DNA from: a virus
Length of the DNA stretch: 64,000 nt
Virus record (IMG/VR): IMGVR_UViG_3300035105_000276
Span: 32,001 to 96,000 of that record
Reading direction: 5' to 3' (one strand)
How positions within the stretch are numbered: position 1 is the first letter of the stretch; each line of letters starts with the position of its first letter. Below are positions 10,214 to 19,878 of this stretch, piece by piece. The notes under the pieces are model-generated. The model had not been told where the DNA came from, did not search any database, and worked only from the letters and a program-made list of their open reading frames with translations. The translations under genes were made by a program, and so were the position numbers.

Positions 10214-10594
10214 ATGCCAGGTGATTCATTTGTTGATATGATAAATGGGGTTAAAGAGTCTACGGCGGAACCTGCCAGTTTTGGTAACGGCCACGCCCAG
10301 CGCAAAAAAAGTATCAAAGACATCCAGGTGCGATATTTTGTGGCCCATATGGATGATCCCGGGGATCAGGATTTTATTGAGCATTTGTTCACGAAAGCGT
10401 TGCAGTGTGAAAATTCTTTGAATGCCCCAGGCGATGTCTGCATGTTCAAGGAAGAGTCCAACTTTGACAAAACCGGGGCATATACGGTTGTGGTCAAGTA
10501 CGCAGAGTATGTAGACCCCAGTGCAGATCCTTTGGAAGAGCCTGTTCGTGGTAGAAATTCGGACCCTGACTCTGTGGAGGATTTCGATGTCTAA
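10214..10594 (+). CDS. Hypothetical protein
   Basis: ORF with AGGAGG RBS, co-oriented in the + strand operon. Confidence 0.7.
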   Translation: MPGDSFVDMINGVKESTAEPASFGNGHAQRKKSIKDIQVRYFVAHMDDPGDQDFIEHLFTKALQCENSLNAPGDVCMFKEESNFDKTGAYTVVVKYAEYVDPSADPLEEPVRGRNSDPDSVEDFDV

Positions 10595-11159
10595 CCTGTC
10601 CATGAGCGATCTTGAGTCCCAACACTATCTAATGGATCTCAAACTTCCCAAAGTACGGCCTTTGACCATGGATATGACGGGCATAGGGTTCTGGGCCCGA
10701 CTGTGGAAAATGGTGAGGTATAAACGGCTGTGGCTGATGGAGGAGCCTCTGATTTTGTATGTGCCATGGCTTAACCGGACGTTTTTTATCCCAAAAGGGT
10801 ACGTACTTGACTTTGCCTCCATACCCAAATGGTTCTGGCCGATACTGTCCCCTACAGGGTTCATGCTGCTGGGGTCTATCCCACATGATTTCGGATTTCA
10901 GTACGGGGGGTTAATTGAAATAGTGGACGGGCAGATACTGGAATTCAATGAGTGGACCAAGCATGAGTTGGACACCCTGCTGCTTGATATCACAAAGTGT
11001 GTGGCCAGATCCGCTATCCCCGGCAACCTGGCGGGTATTGGACTCTTTGCAGGCAGCTGGGTTCCATGGAAAAAGTACCGGAAACAAGGGCAGGATGTTT
11101 ATGCTGACTACCCCCAATTTTTAACCAGAACAGATACATCGGAAATGATATATGCCTGA
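10587..11159 (+). CDS. DUF1353-like protein
   Basis: IPKGYVLDFASIP..W..HDF motif. Start reassigned to ATG 10587 after GGAGG. Confidence 0.7.
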   Translation: MSNLSMSDLESQHYLMDLKLPKVRPLTMDMTGIGFWARLWKMVRYKRLWLMEEPLILYVPWLNRTFFIPKGYVLDFASIPKWFWPILSPTGFMLLGSIPHDFGFQYGGLIEIVDGQILEFNEWTKHELDTLLLDITKCVARSAIPGNLAGIGLFAGSWVPWKKYRKQGQDVYADYPQFLTRTDTSEMIYA

Positions 11160-14100
11160 TACACGCCCCATTATTACCCATCCGGAAGAGGTTCGCCAGA
11201 GTATTTTCAATAAGGTTAAAGAAGCCCTGGCTGCTAAATTTCCCATTGAAACAACTCAATTGGTGGTAGATATATCCGACATCGAGGTTGACCACAAAAT
11301 ACTTCCCCATTCAAAACAAAAGAAAATTCGGATGTCCAAGGGTAACGCGTCTTCAGGAGTGTACTGCACCTTGACGGTGAAAGATAAAGAATCCGGGCAG
11401 GTTCTTCACACTTTGAAACGCCACCGGATTATGAATATTCCGTATTATACGGACCGGTACACATTCATTGTGGACGGCAATGAGTATAACCTGGTGAACC
11501 AGCTTCGGACAAAAAGCGGAGTGTACACCCGGAAGCGGGGGAACGAGGAGCTGGAAAGTTCTTTCAACCTGGCCAAGGGTGCCAATTTTAAAATTCTGAT
11601 GGACCCTGATACCGGCATATTCAAGATGAGTATTCTGCACGCAACCCTGCCATTGCTGGCAGTTTTGAAAGTGCTGGGTGCGAACCCGGCCAGCGTGAAG
11701 GAGGCCCTGGGGGAAGAGCTATACTCGAAGAATGCGTCGTTCTCCTCTACACAGTACGGACGTACCGTGGATACCCTGTATACAAAGCTGGTGAAGTATA
11801 AAAACAACCTGGGGGACTCTGCTTCTAAAGATGAGAAAATCAAAGCCATACGGGCTTATTTCGCAGATACCCAGCTGGATCCTGAAACTACCCTGATCAC
11901 CCTGGGGGAGAGCTTCAACCGGGTTCAGGTGCAGACGATTCTTCAGGCGACTAAAAAGATGCTCCAGGTGTTCAACGAAGAAGAGGACGTGGATAACCGG
12001 GACGGCCTGGAGTTCCAAAAGGTGTTCACTCCGGAGGATATTATAAAAGAGGTACTGGAGAAAAGTACCCGGGAAGTGACAAAACTAAAAGAGAAGCTGA
12101 ACTCATTTTCTTTCTCAGGTGGTGCGAAGCCGGGTACTCCGGAAGCAGCCCAGAAGCTTAAAGCCCTGTTCTCCCCCAGCGTATTTACCCGGCCGGTACG
12201 CTCATTTCTGGCCACCAGCTCCATCAGCCGGCTACCGGATCAGATAAACCCCATGGAGATCATGGACGGTGCCTCCATTGTCACCCGCCTGGGCGAAGGG
12301 GCTATCTCTTCTGAGCAGGCAGTGCCTGACGAGACCCGTGCTGTGCAGTATTCCTATATGGGCCTTATTGACCCTGTTATGGCCCCTGAGAGCAGTAAGG
12401 TGGGAATTGATAACCGGTTCGCTGTTAGAGCCTTGAAAGGAAACCAGGATAACGAGCTGTACAAAGAGGTACTGAATTCTAAAACCGGTAAAGTGGAACA
12501 GGTACGGGCCATTGATCTTTATAATAAGAAAGTAGGGTTCCCGGATTCTCCTGGTATGAAAAAAGCAGACACAGACAAAATTTCTGCCGTGTATCAGGGG
12601 CGAATGGTTGAAGTGCCCAGATCTGAACTGGATTTCCAGATCCCAACCCCGCACCATTTGAATGCAGCCGCCACAAACAATATTCCTTTTTTAAATGCAA
12701 ACCAGGCCAACCGTATTTTAATGGCCGCCAAACATCAGTCCCAGGCCCTGCCCCTGGTTGAAAGAGAAACCAGGCTGGTGGAGTCCTCCATGACATCTAC
12801 AGGCAGCCCCAACATTGTAACCCAGCTGGGCGGTTTCCTGGTACCAAAATCCCCAGTGGACGGAGTGGTGTCTAAAATCACCGAAGACTTTATTTACATC
12901 AAAGATGCTGACGGCAAGCAGCATACGGTGGACTATGCCACTCACATGCCCCTGGCCAGCAAAACAGCGCTGCACAATACCATCACGGTTCAGGTGGGGG
13001 ATACAGTTAAAAAAGGCGAGGCTCTGGGGGATAACACCTTTACCAAAAATGGCAAGGCAGCTACCGGGGTAAATCTGAATGTGGCGTACATGCCGTATAA
13101 AGGGTATAACCATGAGGACGGAATTGTAATTTCTGAGAGTGCGGCCAAAAGACTGACATCGATTCATAGCAATACAGTCCAGGTTACTTTGGATAAAACC
13201 ACTATTCTGGATAAGAACAAGTTCAAAGGGGCTTTCCCCACTGAATTTACGACCAAACAACTGAATAAATTGGATGACAAAGGTGTAGTAAAAAAAGGCG
13301 AGGTTCTGGAAGAAGGGGATCCTGTTATTTTATTGCTCAGCGATGCATCTGAGAACAGGGTGAACCAGGTGCTGGGAAAACTACACAAGAGTCTTGTGAC
13401 ACCCTATGATAACATCAGTGAAGCGTACGACGGATCGTACCCCGCCAAGGTGGTGGAGGTTCAGAACTCAGGAAAACATATCACTGTGCTGCTGGAAGTG
13501 AATAAGCCGGCCGGCATCGGGGACAAACTGGGTGGAACTTACGGAAACAAAGGGGTTATTACCCGGATTGAGCCGGATGATAAAATTGTGAAAGATGAAG
13601 ACGGCAACCCGCTGGACCTTATTTTTACCAGTGCGGGGGTTATCGGCCGGATAAATCCATCCCAGACCCTGGAGACCGCCCTGGGCAAAATTGCAAAGAA
13701 AACGGGTAAGCCCTACCAGATAGAAAATTATTCTCATCCGGACTATGTGGATTTTGTCCGAAAAGAAATGAAAAATAATAAGGTACGGGAAACCGATACC
13801 TTGACAGACCCTGAAACTGGTAAGAAGATTCCCGGGATTTTTACGGGGGTGCAGCACATCCAGAAATTTCATAAAACCACGGACACCAACTTTTCAGGGC
13901 GAGGGGTACTGGGTGCCTATGATCAGGACGATGCCCCGGTTGGTTCAGGGATGTCCGGGCCCAAGGCCCTGGGCGGCATGGAGGTGAATGCCCTTCTGGC
14001 ACACAATGCCCGAGCTTTCCTGCGTGAAAGTACCATGCTCCGGGCTTCTAAGAACAATGAGTTCTGGAATAATTTTCAGTATGGCGGGGTGCCCCATTTT

Positions 14101-15567
14101 CCGTCTGAAAAGAAAACTTTCAACAAATTTTTAGCCACGCTGAAGCAGGCCGGCATTAACGTTGAAAAGAAAGGAGATACCTTTGTTGCCAGTCCTCTGA
14201 CAGATAAAGACGTGATGGAAATGAGTGCCGGTGAGGTACAAAACGCTTTGCGTGTGGATGCCAAGACTGTACAGCCTGAAAAAGGTGGGTTGTTTGACCC
14301 TGTGATCACAGGGGGGCTGAAAGGTGAAAGATGGAGCCACATAACCTTGGCAGAGCCTGTGATAAATCCTGTGTTTGAGGACTGTGCATCTGCCCTGCTG
14401 GAAGTGACTAAAAAAGATTTGCAGACCATGTTCGAGGTAAAAGGTGGGGACTACATTAAAGGGGAGTTGAATAAAATTGATGTGGCCAAAGCCCTGGCAG
14501 AGAGTGAGAAAAAACTGAACGACACCCGGGTAAAGGGGGCTGCCCTTGATAAACTGGTGAGAAAGGTGAAGTACCTGCGGGTGTTGAAAGAACGTAATTT
14601 AAAGGCAGGTGATGCGTATGTGCTGTCTGTGGTTCCCGTAACGCCCCCTGTGATGCGCTCTATTTCTGTGAGCAAAACCGGGGATTTGATGCCCAATGAC
14701 AGCAATGAGTTTTACAAGAATCTGATTCTGAACAACCAGGCGTTCAAGGACATAAAAAAAGAACAGGGGTTTGACGATGCCAAACGGGAGAACAGAGCTG
14801 CCCTGCAGCAGAGCGTTAAAGAATTGACTGGGGTAGTGAGTCCCAGCTCTCCCCACCTTAAAAATAGAGGGGCTAAAGGGGCCATACGGTTCATTGCCGG
14901 AGACCAGCCCAAGTACGGGTACTTTCAGCGGAAAGCCATATACTCGAAGATGAACTTGACCGGCCGGGCCACTATTGCTCCGGATGAAACCCTGGAGCTG
15001 GACGAGGTAGGACTGCCGGAAGAGATGGCCTGGGAGATGTACACTCCATTTATTTTGCGGCAGTTGACTCAAAGAGGGTTTACGGCAAAAGAGGCCAAGG
15101 ACGAGGTGGAGAATCGGACAGCCAAGGCCAAGGAAGTGCTGATGAAGGAGCTGGACAAGCGGCCGGTGATTGTGAACCGGGCACCTACTTTGTGGAAGCA
15201 TAGTATGGTGGCTGCTAAGCCGAAGTTGCGGTCGGGTAAGACGTTGATGATGAACACTCTGTGGGAGTCATCGTTGGGCAGTGATTTTGATGGTGACACG
15301 ATGCAGATACACCTGCCTATCACGGACGAGGCCATCCAGGAAAGTAAAAATATGTTTGCTTCCAGTCAGGTTCTCAGTGACAAAAAGCGGGACCAGATTT
15401 TAATGTCACCCTCCCAGGAACCCATTGTCGGGCTTTACGAAGTGACAAAGAATCTTGGTAAGTTCACCGGAGGTGCTGTGAAAAGGTACAAGACCGAAGC
15501 CGAGGCATGGGATGCTTACTACAAAGGAACTTTGAAAATGACAGATACAGTGGAGATTCGAGCATGA
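11152..15567 (+). CDS. Phage multisubunit-type RNA polymerase, beta fused to N-terminal half of beta'
   Basis: Beta motifs: PESSKVG, NQANRILMAAKHQSQA, GYNHEDGIVIS, GDKL..GNKGVI, GGMEVNALLAH. Beta' motifs: GGLFDP, HITLAEP, VPVTPPVMR, NRAPTL, catalytic DFDGD, PSQEPIVGLY. Confidence 0.93.
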   Translation: MPDTRPIITHPEEVRQSIFNKVKEALAAKFPIETTQLVVDISDIEVDHKILPHSKQKKIRMSKGNASSGVYCTLTVKDKESGQVLHTLKRHRIMNIPYYTDRYTFIVDGNEYNLVNQLRTKSGVYTRKRGNEELESSFNLAKGANFKILMDPDTGIFKMSILHATLPLLAVLKVLGANPASVKEALGEELYSKNASFSSTQYGRTVDTLYTKLVKYKNNLGDSASKDEKIKAIRAYFADTQLDPETTLITLGESFNRVQVQTILQATKKMLQVFNEEEDVDNRDGLEFQKVFTPEDIIKEVLEKSTREVTKLKEKLNSFSFSGGAKPGTPEAAQKLKALFSPSVFTRPVRSFLATSSISRLPDQINPMEIMDGASIVTRLGEGAISSEQAVPDETRAVQYSYMGLIDPVMAPESSKVGIDNRFAVRALKGNQDNELYKEVLNSKTGKVEQVRAIDLYNKKVGFPDSPGMKKADTDKISAVYQGRMVEVPRSELDFQIPTPHHLNAAATNNIPFLNANQANRILMAAKHQSQALPLVERETRLVESSMTSTGSPNIVTQLGGFLVPKSPVDGVVSKITEDFIYIKDADGKQHTVDYATHMPLASKTALHNTITVQVGDTVKKGEALGDNTFTKNGKAATGVNLNVAYMPYKGYNHEDGIVISESAAKRLTSIHSNTVQVTLDKTTILDKNKFKGAFPTEFTTKQLNKLDDKGVVKKGEVLEEGDPVILLLSDASENRVNQVLGKLHKSLVTPYDNISEAYDGSYPAKVVEVQNSGKHITVLLEVNKPAGIGDKLGGTYGNKGVITRIEPDDKIVKDEDGNPLDLIFTSAGVIGRINPSQTLETALGKIAKKTGKPYQIENYSHPDYVDFVRKEMKNNKVRETDTLTDPETGKKIPGIFTGVQHIQKFHKTTDTNFSGRGVLGAYDQDDAPVGSGMSGPKALGGMEVNALLAHNARAFLRESTMLRASKNNEFWNNFQYGGVPHFPSEKKTFNKFLATLKQAGINVEKKGDTFVASPLTDKDVMEMSAGEVQNALRVDAKTVQPEKGGLFDPVITGGLKGERWSHITLAEPVINPVFEDCASALLEVTKKDLQTMFEVKGGDYIKGELNKIDVAKALAESEKKLNDTRVKGAALDKLVRKVKYLRVLKERNLKAGDAYVLSVVPVTPPVMRSISVSKTGDLMPNDSNEFYKNLILNNQAFKDIKKEQGFDDAKRENRAALQQSVKELTGVVSPSSPHLKNRGAKGAIRFIAGDQPKYGYFQRKAIYSKMNLTGRATIAPDETLELDEVGLPEEMAWEMYTPFILRQLTQRGFTAKEAKDEVENRTAKAKEVLMKELDKRPVIVNRAPTLWKHSMVAAKPKLRSGKTLMMNTLWESSLGSDFDGDTMQIHLPITDEAIQESKNMFASSQVLSDKKRDQILMSPSQEPIVGLYEVTKNLGKFTGGAVKRYKTEAEAWDAYYKGTLKMTDTVEIRA

Positions 15568-16145
15568 AGCGACCAAATAAAAACCCGGTGCCCCCCATCC
15601 TCGAATGGGTAGTGCTCCTGATGGCACTCACTATTCTCATTACCAACTCCTTCGCTCACGCCGGCGACTACGACAGATCTCGGTTCAAGCACTGGATCGA
15701 TGCAGACAGTGACTGTCAGGATACCCGAGTGGAATGCCTCCTGGAACACACCCTGGCCCCTGCCACCTTTCGCACGGAACGTAAGTGTTACGTTACATCC
15801 GGGATGTGGGAATGCCCCTACACCGGCAAAGTTTTTACAAACCCACGCAGGCTGGACGTGGACCACATTGTACCCTTGCAGCACGCCTGGCTGCACGGAG
15901 CTGCCGGCTGGGATGATGCCACACGTGAAAAGTTCGCCAATGATATGGAAAACCTTTTACCAGTGTATGCTGGTGCAAACAGATCAAAAGGGGCCCGGGG
16001 GCCTGATGAGTGGGTACCACCCTCTTCGAATTTTTTAAAAGATTACGCCGTACTCTGGATTTACGTAAAAGTGAAATACGGCCTTGAATTTACTGACGCT
16101 GAATACACTGCTTTGGGGAGACTGCTGCAGCATGACGATAAGTGA
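15564..16145 (+). CDS. Secreted HNH nuclease (DUF1524-like)
   Basis: Signal peptide ending in AHA; WIDADSDCQDTR, DVDHIVPL, FAND..NL, NRSKG. ATGA overlap with the RNAP stop. Confidence 0.8.
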   Translation: MKRPNKNPVPPILEWVVLLMALTILITNSFAHAGDYDRSRFKHWIDADSDCQDTRVECLLEHTLAPATFRTERKCYVTSGMWECPYTGKVFTNPRRLDVDHIVPLQHAWLHGAAGWDDATREKFANDMENLLPVYAGANRSKGARGPDEWVPPSSNFLKDYAVLWIYVKVKYGLEFTDAEYTALGRLLQHDDK

Positions 16146-16628
16146 CATCCTCCCGGGGTGTAAAACCCCGGGCATCCCATTAAGGCTTACGCCTCAACAG
16201 GACACGGTTCCTGCTTCTTTGAGTCAACTTGGACTGATCCATTGAGATCAGAACAGCGGTTGTTCTCTCCACAGGCGTTGATTCGGGCGTAGTCCCGCCC
16301 TATCTTCAATATGTTCTTTGCAGCGTTGATATCCCGGTCATGGAAAGTGCCGCACTCAAGGCAAATCCACTCTCTTTCGGACAGGTTCAAGTCGGATTTA
16401 ATGTAAGTACAACCAGGAGTTGAACACATCACGCCGATACTTGGTTGACCAGACAATATGATACCCGGTATTATACACAACTGTTCGGGCATGAACCAAA
16501 TTATTTTTTATTGCCTTATCCATACATATAGTTTATCAGAATAATAATTATTATGTCAAATTATTATCATTTAGGGTAAACATATAGTGCATTCATCCCG
16601 GGGTTAAAACGCCCGGGGATTCTGCTTG
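16142..16628 (-). mobile_element. Internally deleted IS200/IS605 mini-element (tnpA 5' stub joined to tnpB 3' stub)
   Basis: Both subterminal hairpins present (16151-16172, ~16598-16618). TnpA N-terminus [22 protein letters not shown] from 16523. TnpB C-terminus [23 protein letters not shown]. Confidence 0.8.
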
Positions 16629-16644
16629 ATTGATCCCAAAAAAA

Positions 16645-16685
16645 ATACCTATGCAACCCTGTGGGAGAGTCACGTAGGTATTCTT
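16645..16685 (-). terminator. Intrinsic terminator (probably bidirectional)
   Basis: Stem AATACCTA..TAGGTATT with T-runs on both sides. Confidence 0.6.
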
Positions 16686-16786
16686 TTAGTTTTAGGAAGG
16701 AATACCCTGTGGCAGGGCCGATTTCAAAGAATAATTCCAGGTGCCACGGTCCGGAATAACAGAAGCTACAACACTTCCATTATATT

Positions 16787-16817
16787 CTTATAACAAAAAC
16801 AGGCCCTTGGTTTTGAA
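16787..16817 (-). promoter_or_regulatory. Class A phage promoter
   Basis: TTCAAAA-18-TATAAG with TTGT before the -10. Confidence 0.6.
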
Positions 16818-16819
16818 AT

Positions 16820-17134
16820 TCAGGCATCCTCGATCATGTTCGGGAAATATTTTTCAGCCACCTCTTCCCCGCCATGAGACGTCAGCCATTCGAAAGCCTC
16901 TTTCTCTGTCATAGGAGACAGGATCTCACCCCCACCTTTTGCTCCGTTCCCCAGGTTCTGGGAGTATGGACCCATTGGGCCGCTGGTGCCATGGACAAAG
17001 TAAGCACCCTTCTCCGTTTTGTACAAGGCTTCATCATGCTGCTTAAAATCTCCTCCATAGATGCCATTATCCCACTCATGGAGCTTCTCTGCCGTTTCGG
17101 TGTCATACCGCTTTCCATCGATGATTCTTTTCAT
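16820..17134 (-). CDS. Conserved phage hypothetical protein
   Basis: MKRIIDGKRYDTETA..LYKT.KG.YF pattern; RBS present. Confidence 0.75.
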   Translation of the reverse strand: MKRIIDGKRYDTETAEKLHEWDNGIYGGDFKQHDEALYKTEKGAYFVHGTSGPMGPYSQNLGNGAKGGGEILSPMTEKEAFEWLTSHGGEEVAEKYFPNMIEDA

Positions 17135-17186
17135 CTTTCTCTCCTTGTTTAATGGGGAGTTTGTAAGCTACTCCCTTGGTTTTAGG

Positions 17187-17696
17187 TTATTTTGCCTCGT
17201 ACAAAGGCTGTTTCTCCTGTTCAGTCTCTTTACCATCCACCTCAAAATCAAACACCTGGCAGGTATATTTCCCTCCTCGAAACTCGAACTCTTCCTGCAC
17301 AAGCTTCTTGGCCTTTTCCAAGGTGAAGCACACCCCTACGATGTAAGAGTATGAGTCCCAGTTGCCATAGCGCAAAGCTTTAACAATGTAATAGGCTGAG
17401 TCAGCAACAGCAACTTCCATACTGTATTTCTTATTCCACAACCTGACCATCTCTTTGTACACAGCTCCAACCATCTCCGTCCAGGCTTTTGGTTCAAATT
17501 GTACCCATCTTTCTGAGTATAATCTGGCCCTGAACTCTGGAGGCAGACACCTGCTTGTAATAGGCTGTGGCACGTCCCCTCTCATGGTGAATTCAACGCA
17601 AGGCACTTCTTGCCCTACTTCAGCAAAGATCTCCTTACCCGTGCCAGGTATATCCGAATAATATAACTTAATTTTTGATATGTCTATTTTTTCCAT
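17187..17696 (-). CDS. Hypothetical protein
   Basis: ORF tightly packed in the operon. Confidence 0.6.
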   Translation of the reverse strand: MEKIDISKIKLYYSDIPGTGKEIFAEVGQEVPCVEFTMRGDVPQPITSRCLPPEFRARLYSERWVQFEPKAWTEMVGAVYKEMVRLWNKKYSMEVAVADSAYYIVKALRYGNWDSYSYIVGVCFTLEKAKKLVQEEFEFRGGKYTCQVFDFEVDGKETEQEKQPLYEAK

Positions 17697-17953
17697 TGTC
17701 CTCTCCCTGTTATAGTGCCTGAGTTTCTCACCTGCTCCTCTTCGTCCTCACCCTCCTCGAAGTCATCACTCCAACTTCGAAATCTCCTGGAATAAAGACT
17801 TATCACCTCAATTTTATACGCACCCCGGGTCATTTCCATTTCCATCCTGGCCATGAGTTCTGCTCTCCCAGAGGTCACATAAGGTCCAAGTGTGTACACC
17901 TTGTGCCCTTTTTTACGCCCGCGACCTACCCGGGTCGCTTTAATCAAGTACAT
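17684..17953 (-). CDS. Hypothetical protein
   Basis: ORF overlapping its neighbours. Confidence 0.55.
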   Translation of the reverse strand: MYLIKATRVGRGRKKGHKVYTLGPYVTSGRAELMARMEMEMTRGAYKIEVISLYSRRFRSWSDDFEEGEDEEEQVRNSGTITGRGQWKK

Positions 17954-18513
17954 GGCATGGACTCCGTACTATCCCGGTATTTCTGAAACCTCTCCTGGTA
18001 CACCCTGGGAAGATAATCCCAGACATCCACCCAATCAAAGGTCCACATTTCCCGGCAGTACTTACACTCCACTGTAGGTAAAACAGCGTAATCCCGGGTC
18101 AGCTTCAAAAACCGCAAATGCAGGAAATAAGGATCTCTCCCGTCCCAGTAAACCTTGGTATCAGGGCCTAAATCCGGCAGCCTGGCACCATGATGGCACG
18201 GAACTGAAAACAATGTGCCACACTCGTGCTTCATTTGCAAGGACCCAGGGGTCAACCCATCCGGCTGGAAAGCTTTTCCGTTTATTTTACGTAAACGGAT
18301 AGATTTTGTATGGTCCACATTTTGAAAATCAAACATACCCAGGTGGTCCTCTTCGATGAACGGGGGCCGGAAAAATATGTTTGTGTCCTTCTGAGGGTTA
18401 ACGTTATTTTCCAAGGGCGTGACCTTATCCCTGTCCTCAAACCGAAGGTAATACAGGAGTTCACACACCCCTATTTTTATGCGAGCACCGTTGTACTTTG
18501 CAAACTCACCCAT
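17944..18513 (-). CDS. Hypothetical protein (Cys-containing)
   Basis: Start reassigned to MGEFAKYNG after AGGAGG. Confidence 0.65.
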   Translation of the reverse strand: MGEFAKYNGARIKIGVCELLYYLRFEDRDKVTPLENNVNPQKDTNIFFRPPFIEEDHLGMFDFQNVDHTKSIRLRKINGKAFQPDGLTPGSLQMKHECGTLFSVPCHHGARLPDLGPDTKVYWDGRDPYFLHLRFLKLTRDYAVLPTVECKYCREMWTFDWVDVWDYLPRVYQERFQKYRDSTESMPCT

Positions 18514-18739
18514 TCTTTGCCTCCTTCCTTGGTTTGAAATACCGTAAAAACACCTCCTGGCCACATGTTTCATAGTACTCTGGGTGTGTATCTGCTGAGG
18601 GGTACACTCTGTAGTAGGTACCCTCACCTGGTGTACCCACCCTTTCAAAAGGGTAACTGTCTCCGAAGCAGTACCCCTCTAGCCCATGTCTCCCCATTGG
18701 AGCTTCAGTACACTCTGCTATTTTTAATTTCTTTGCCAT
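18506..18739 (-). CDS. Hypothetical protein
   Basis: MAKKLKIA.. after GGGAGG. Confidence 0.6.
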   Translation of the reverse strand: MAKKLKIAECTEAPMGRHGLEGYCFGDSYPFERVGTPGEGTYYRVYPSADTHPEYYETCGQEVFLRYFKPRKEAKNG

Positions 18740-18872
18740 AATTCTGTCTCCTCCCTTAAAAGAAAACCCAAGCACGAAGCCTGGATTTTCTTTTTGCAAT
18801 TTTATTTTAAATAAACCAGGGCCCAGGCCACATATGCATCACCTCCTTAATGAGTGCCTCCTTTTGGTTAGA

Positions 18873-19067
18873 TTAAGCTTCAATCCCCTCTTCTTCGGGA
18901 TTTCCAATCGCAACCTTCTCCCCACAACAGGGGCACACGTAGCCACACTCTTTTGTGTGCAGCCTGTAGTATCCGACCGCACACATCCGGCAAACTCCCG
19001 CTCCGCACGTAGGGCAGGAATGAACATCGTAAATTTCATGTTGACACGGGTTGGTCTCTTCGGTCAT
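18873..19067 (-). CDS. Small Cys-rich zinc-finger protein
   Basis: CxH..CxxC..CxxC..CxxC; AGGAG RBS. Confidence 0.6.
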   Translation of the reverse strand: MTEETNPCQHEIYDVHSCPTCGAGVCRMCAVGYYRLHTKECGYVCPCCGEKVAIGNPEEEGIEA

Positions 19068-19878
19068 AATGATCTCCTTATCGGGCCAAAGCCCGTTGCA
19101 TTAGGGTTACCTGCCTGTAGGTGGCAGGGAAAAAAGCATGAGCACAGCCTTTTTCGGCAAGGAGAGAGGCTGTGCTTTTTTCTTTTTGGGTCAAAGTTTC
19201 TTTCAGTTTTCTGGATGCAACGACCAGCAGAACCAGCCCAATCAGATTGATGAGTGGGGGCAAGGTGTTGTCGTTGCAGGCCATGGCCAGGCCGAGCATA
19301 CAAAGAATTGCAAAAATATTTTTCACGTATAATCTCCTTTCCAAATCAATGGGCACTCCTCAATCGGAATCAATCCAGTAAATTTCCCAACCCCGTACCC
19401 AATCAGTATACCCCCGGCTTTCCTGATTTCTTCCTGCTCTTTAGTCAGCAGGGCCTTGAAATCGATGTTCGGGCAAGGTGATACCACGAATGTTGGGACT
19501 ACTCTAGTGGAACCGTCTTCGTATTGGATTTGAATAATGCCCGGGTCAACCGGGGTAGGTACTCCGAGAATGGTGACATCTGGAGAAGCTTACCTGGAGG
19601 GTACGGGCGAATTGGGACTGGGACATTTTTAATGTCTTTCTGAGTGATTTCATCGCTACATCCTATTTTATCTAAAAACCGTATTGGCATAACAATGCCG
19701 GAAAAGCCAGCACCAACCAAACCACAGTATGTGCACCCCGATGCAAGTATAGCTAAACACAATCTTACGTGTGCTTGCTGCTTACTGGGTACATCATACT
19801 ACAGTTCTATCAGTGCCGGCTTTTCCGGCGACCCGTCCAATTTGTATAGCCCTGGCAGGTGGTCAGGGCTTGGTGCGG

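Noticed and set aside
11353-15335. Numerous antisense ORFs within RNAP and other long genes
   Set aside because: They are shadow frames with no RBS or recognisable motifs.
11152-15567. Host rpoB/rpoC locus
   Set aside because: It is too short and divergent, has no ribosomal-protein neighbours, and sits in a phage gene context.
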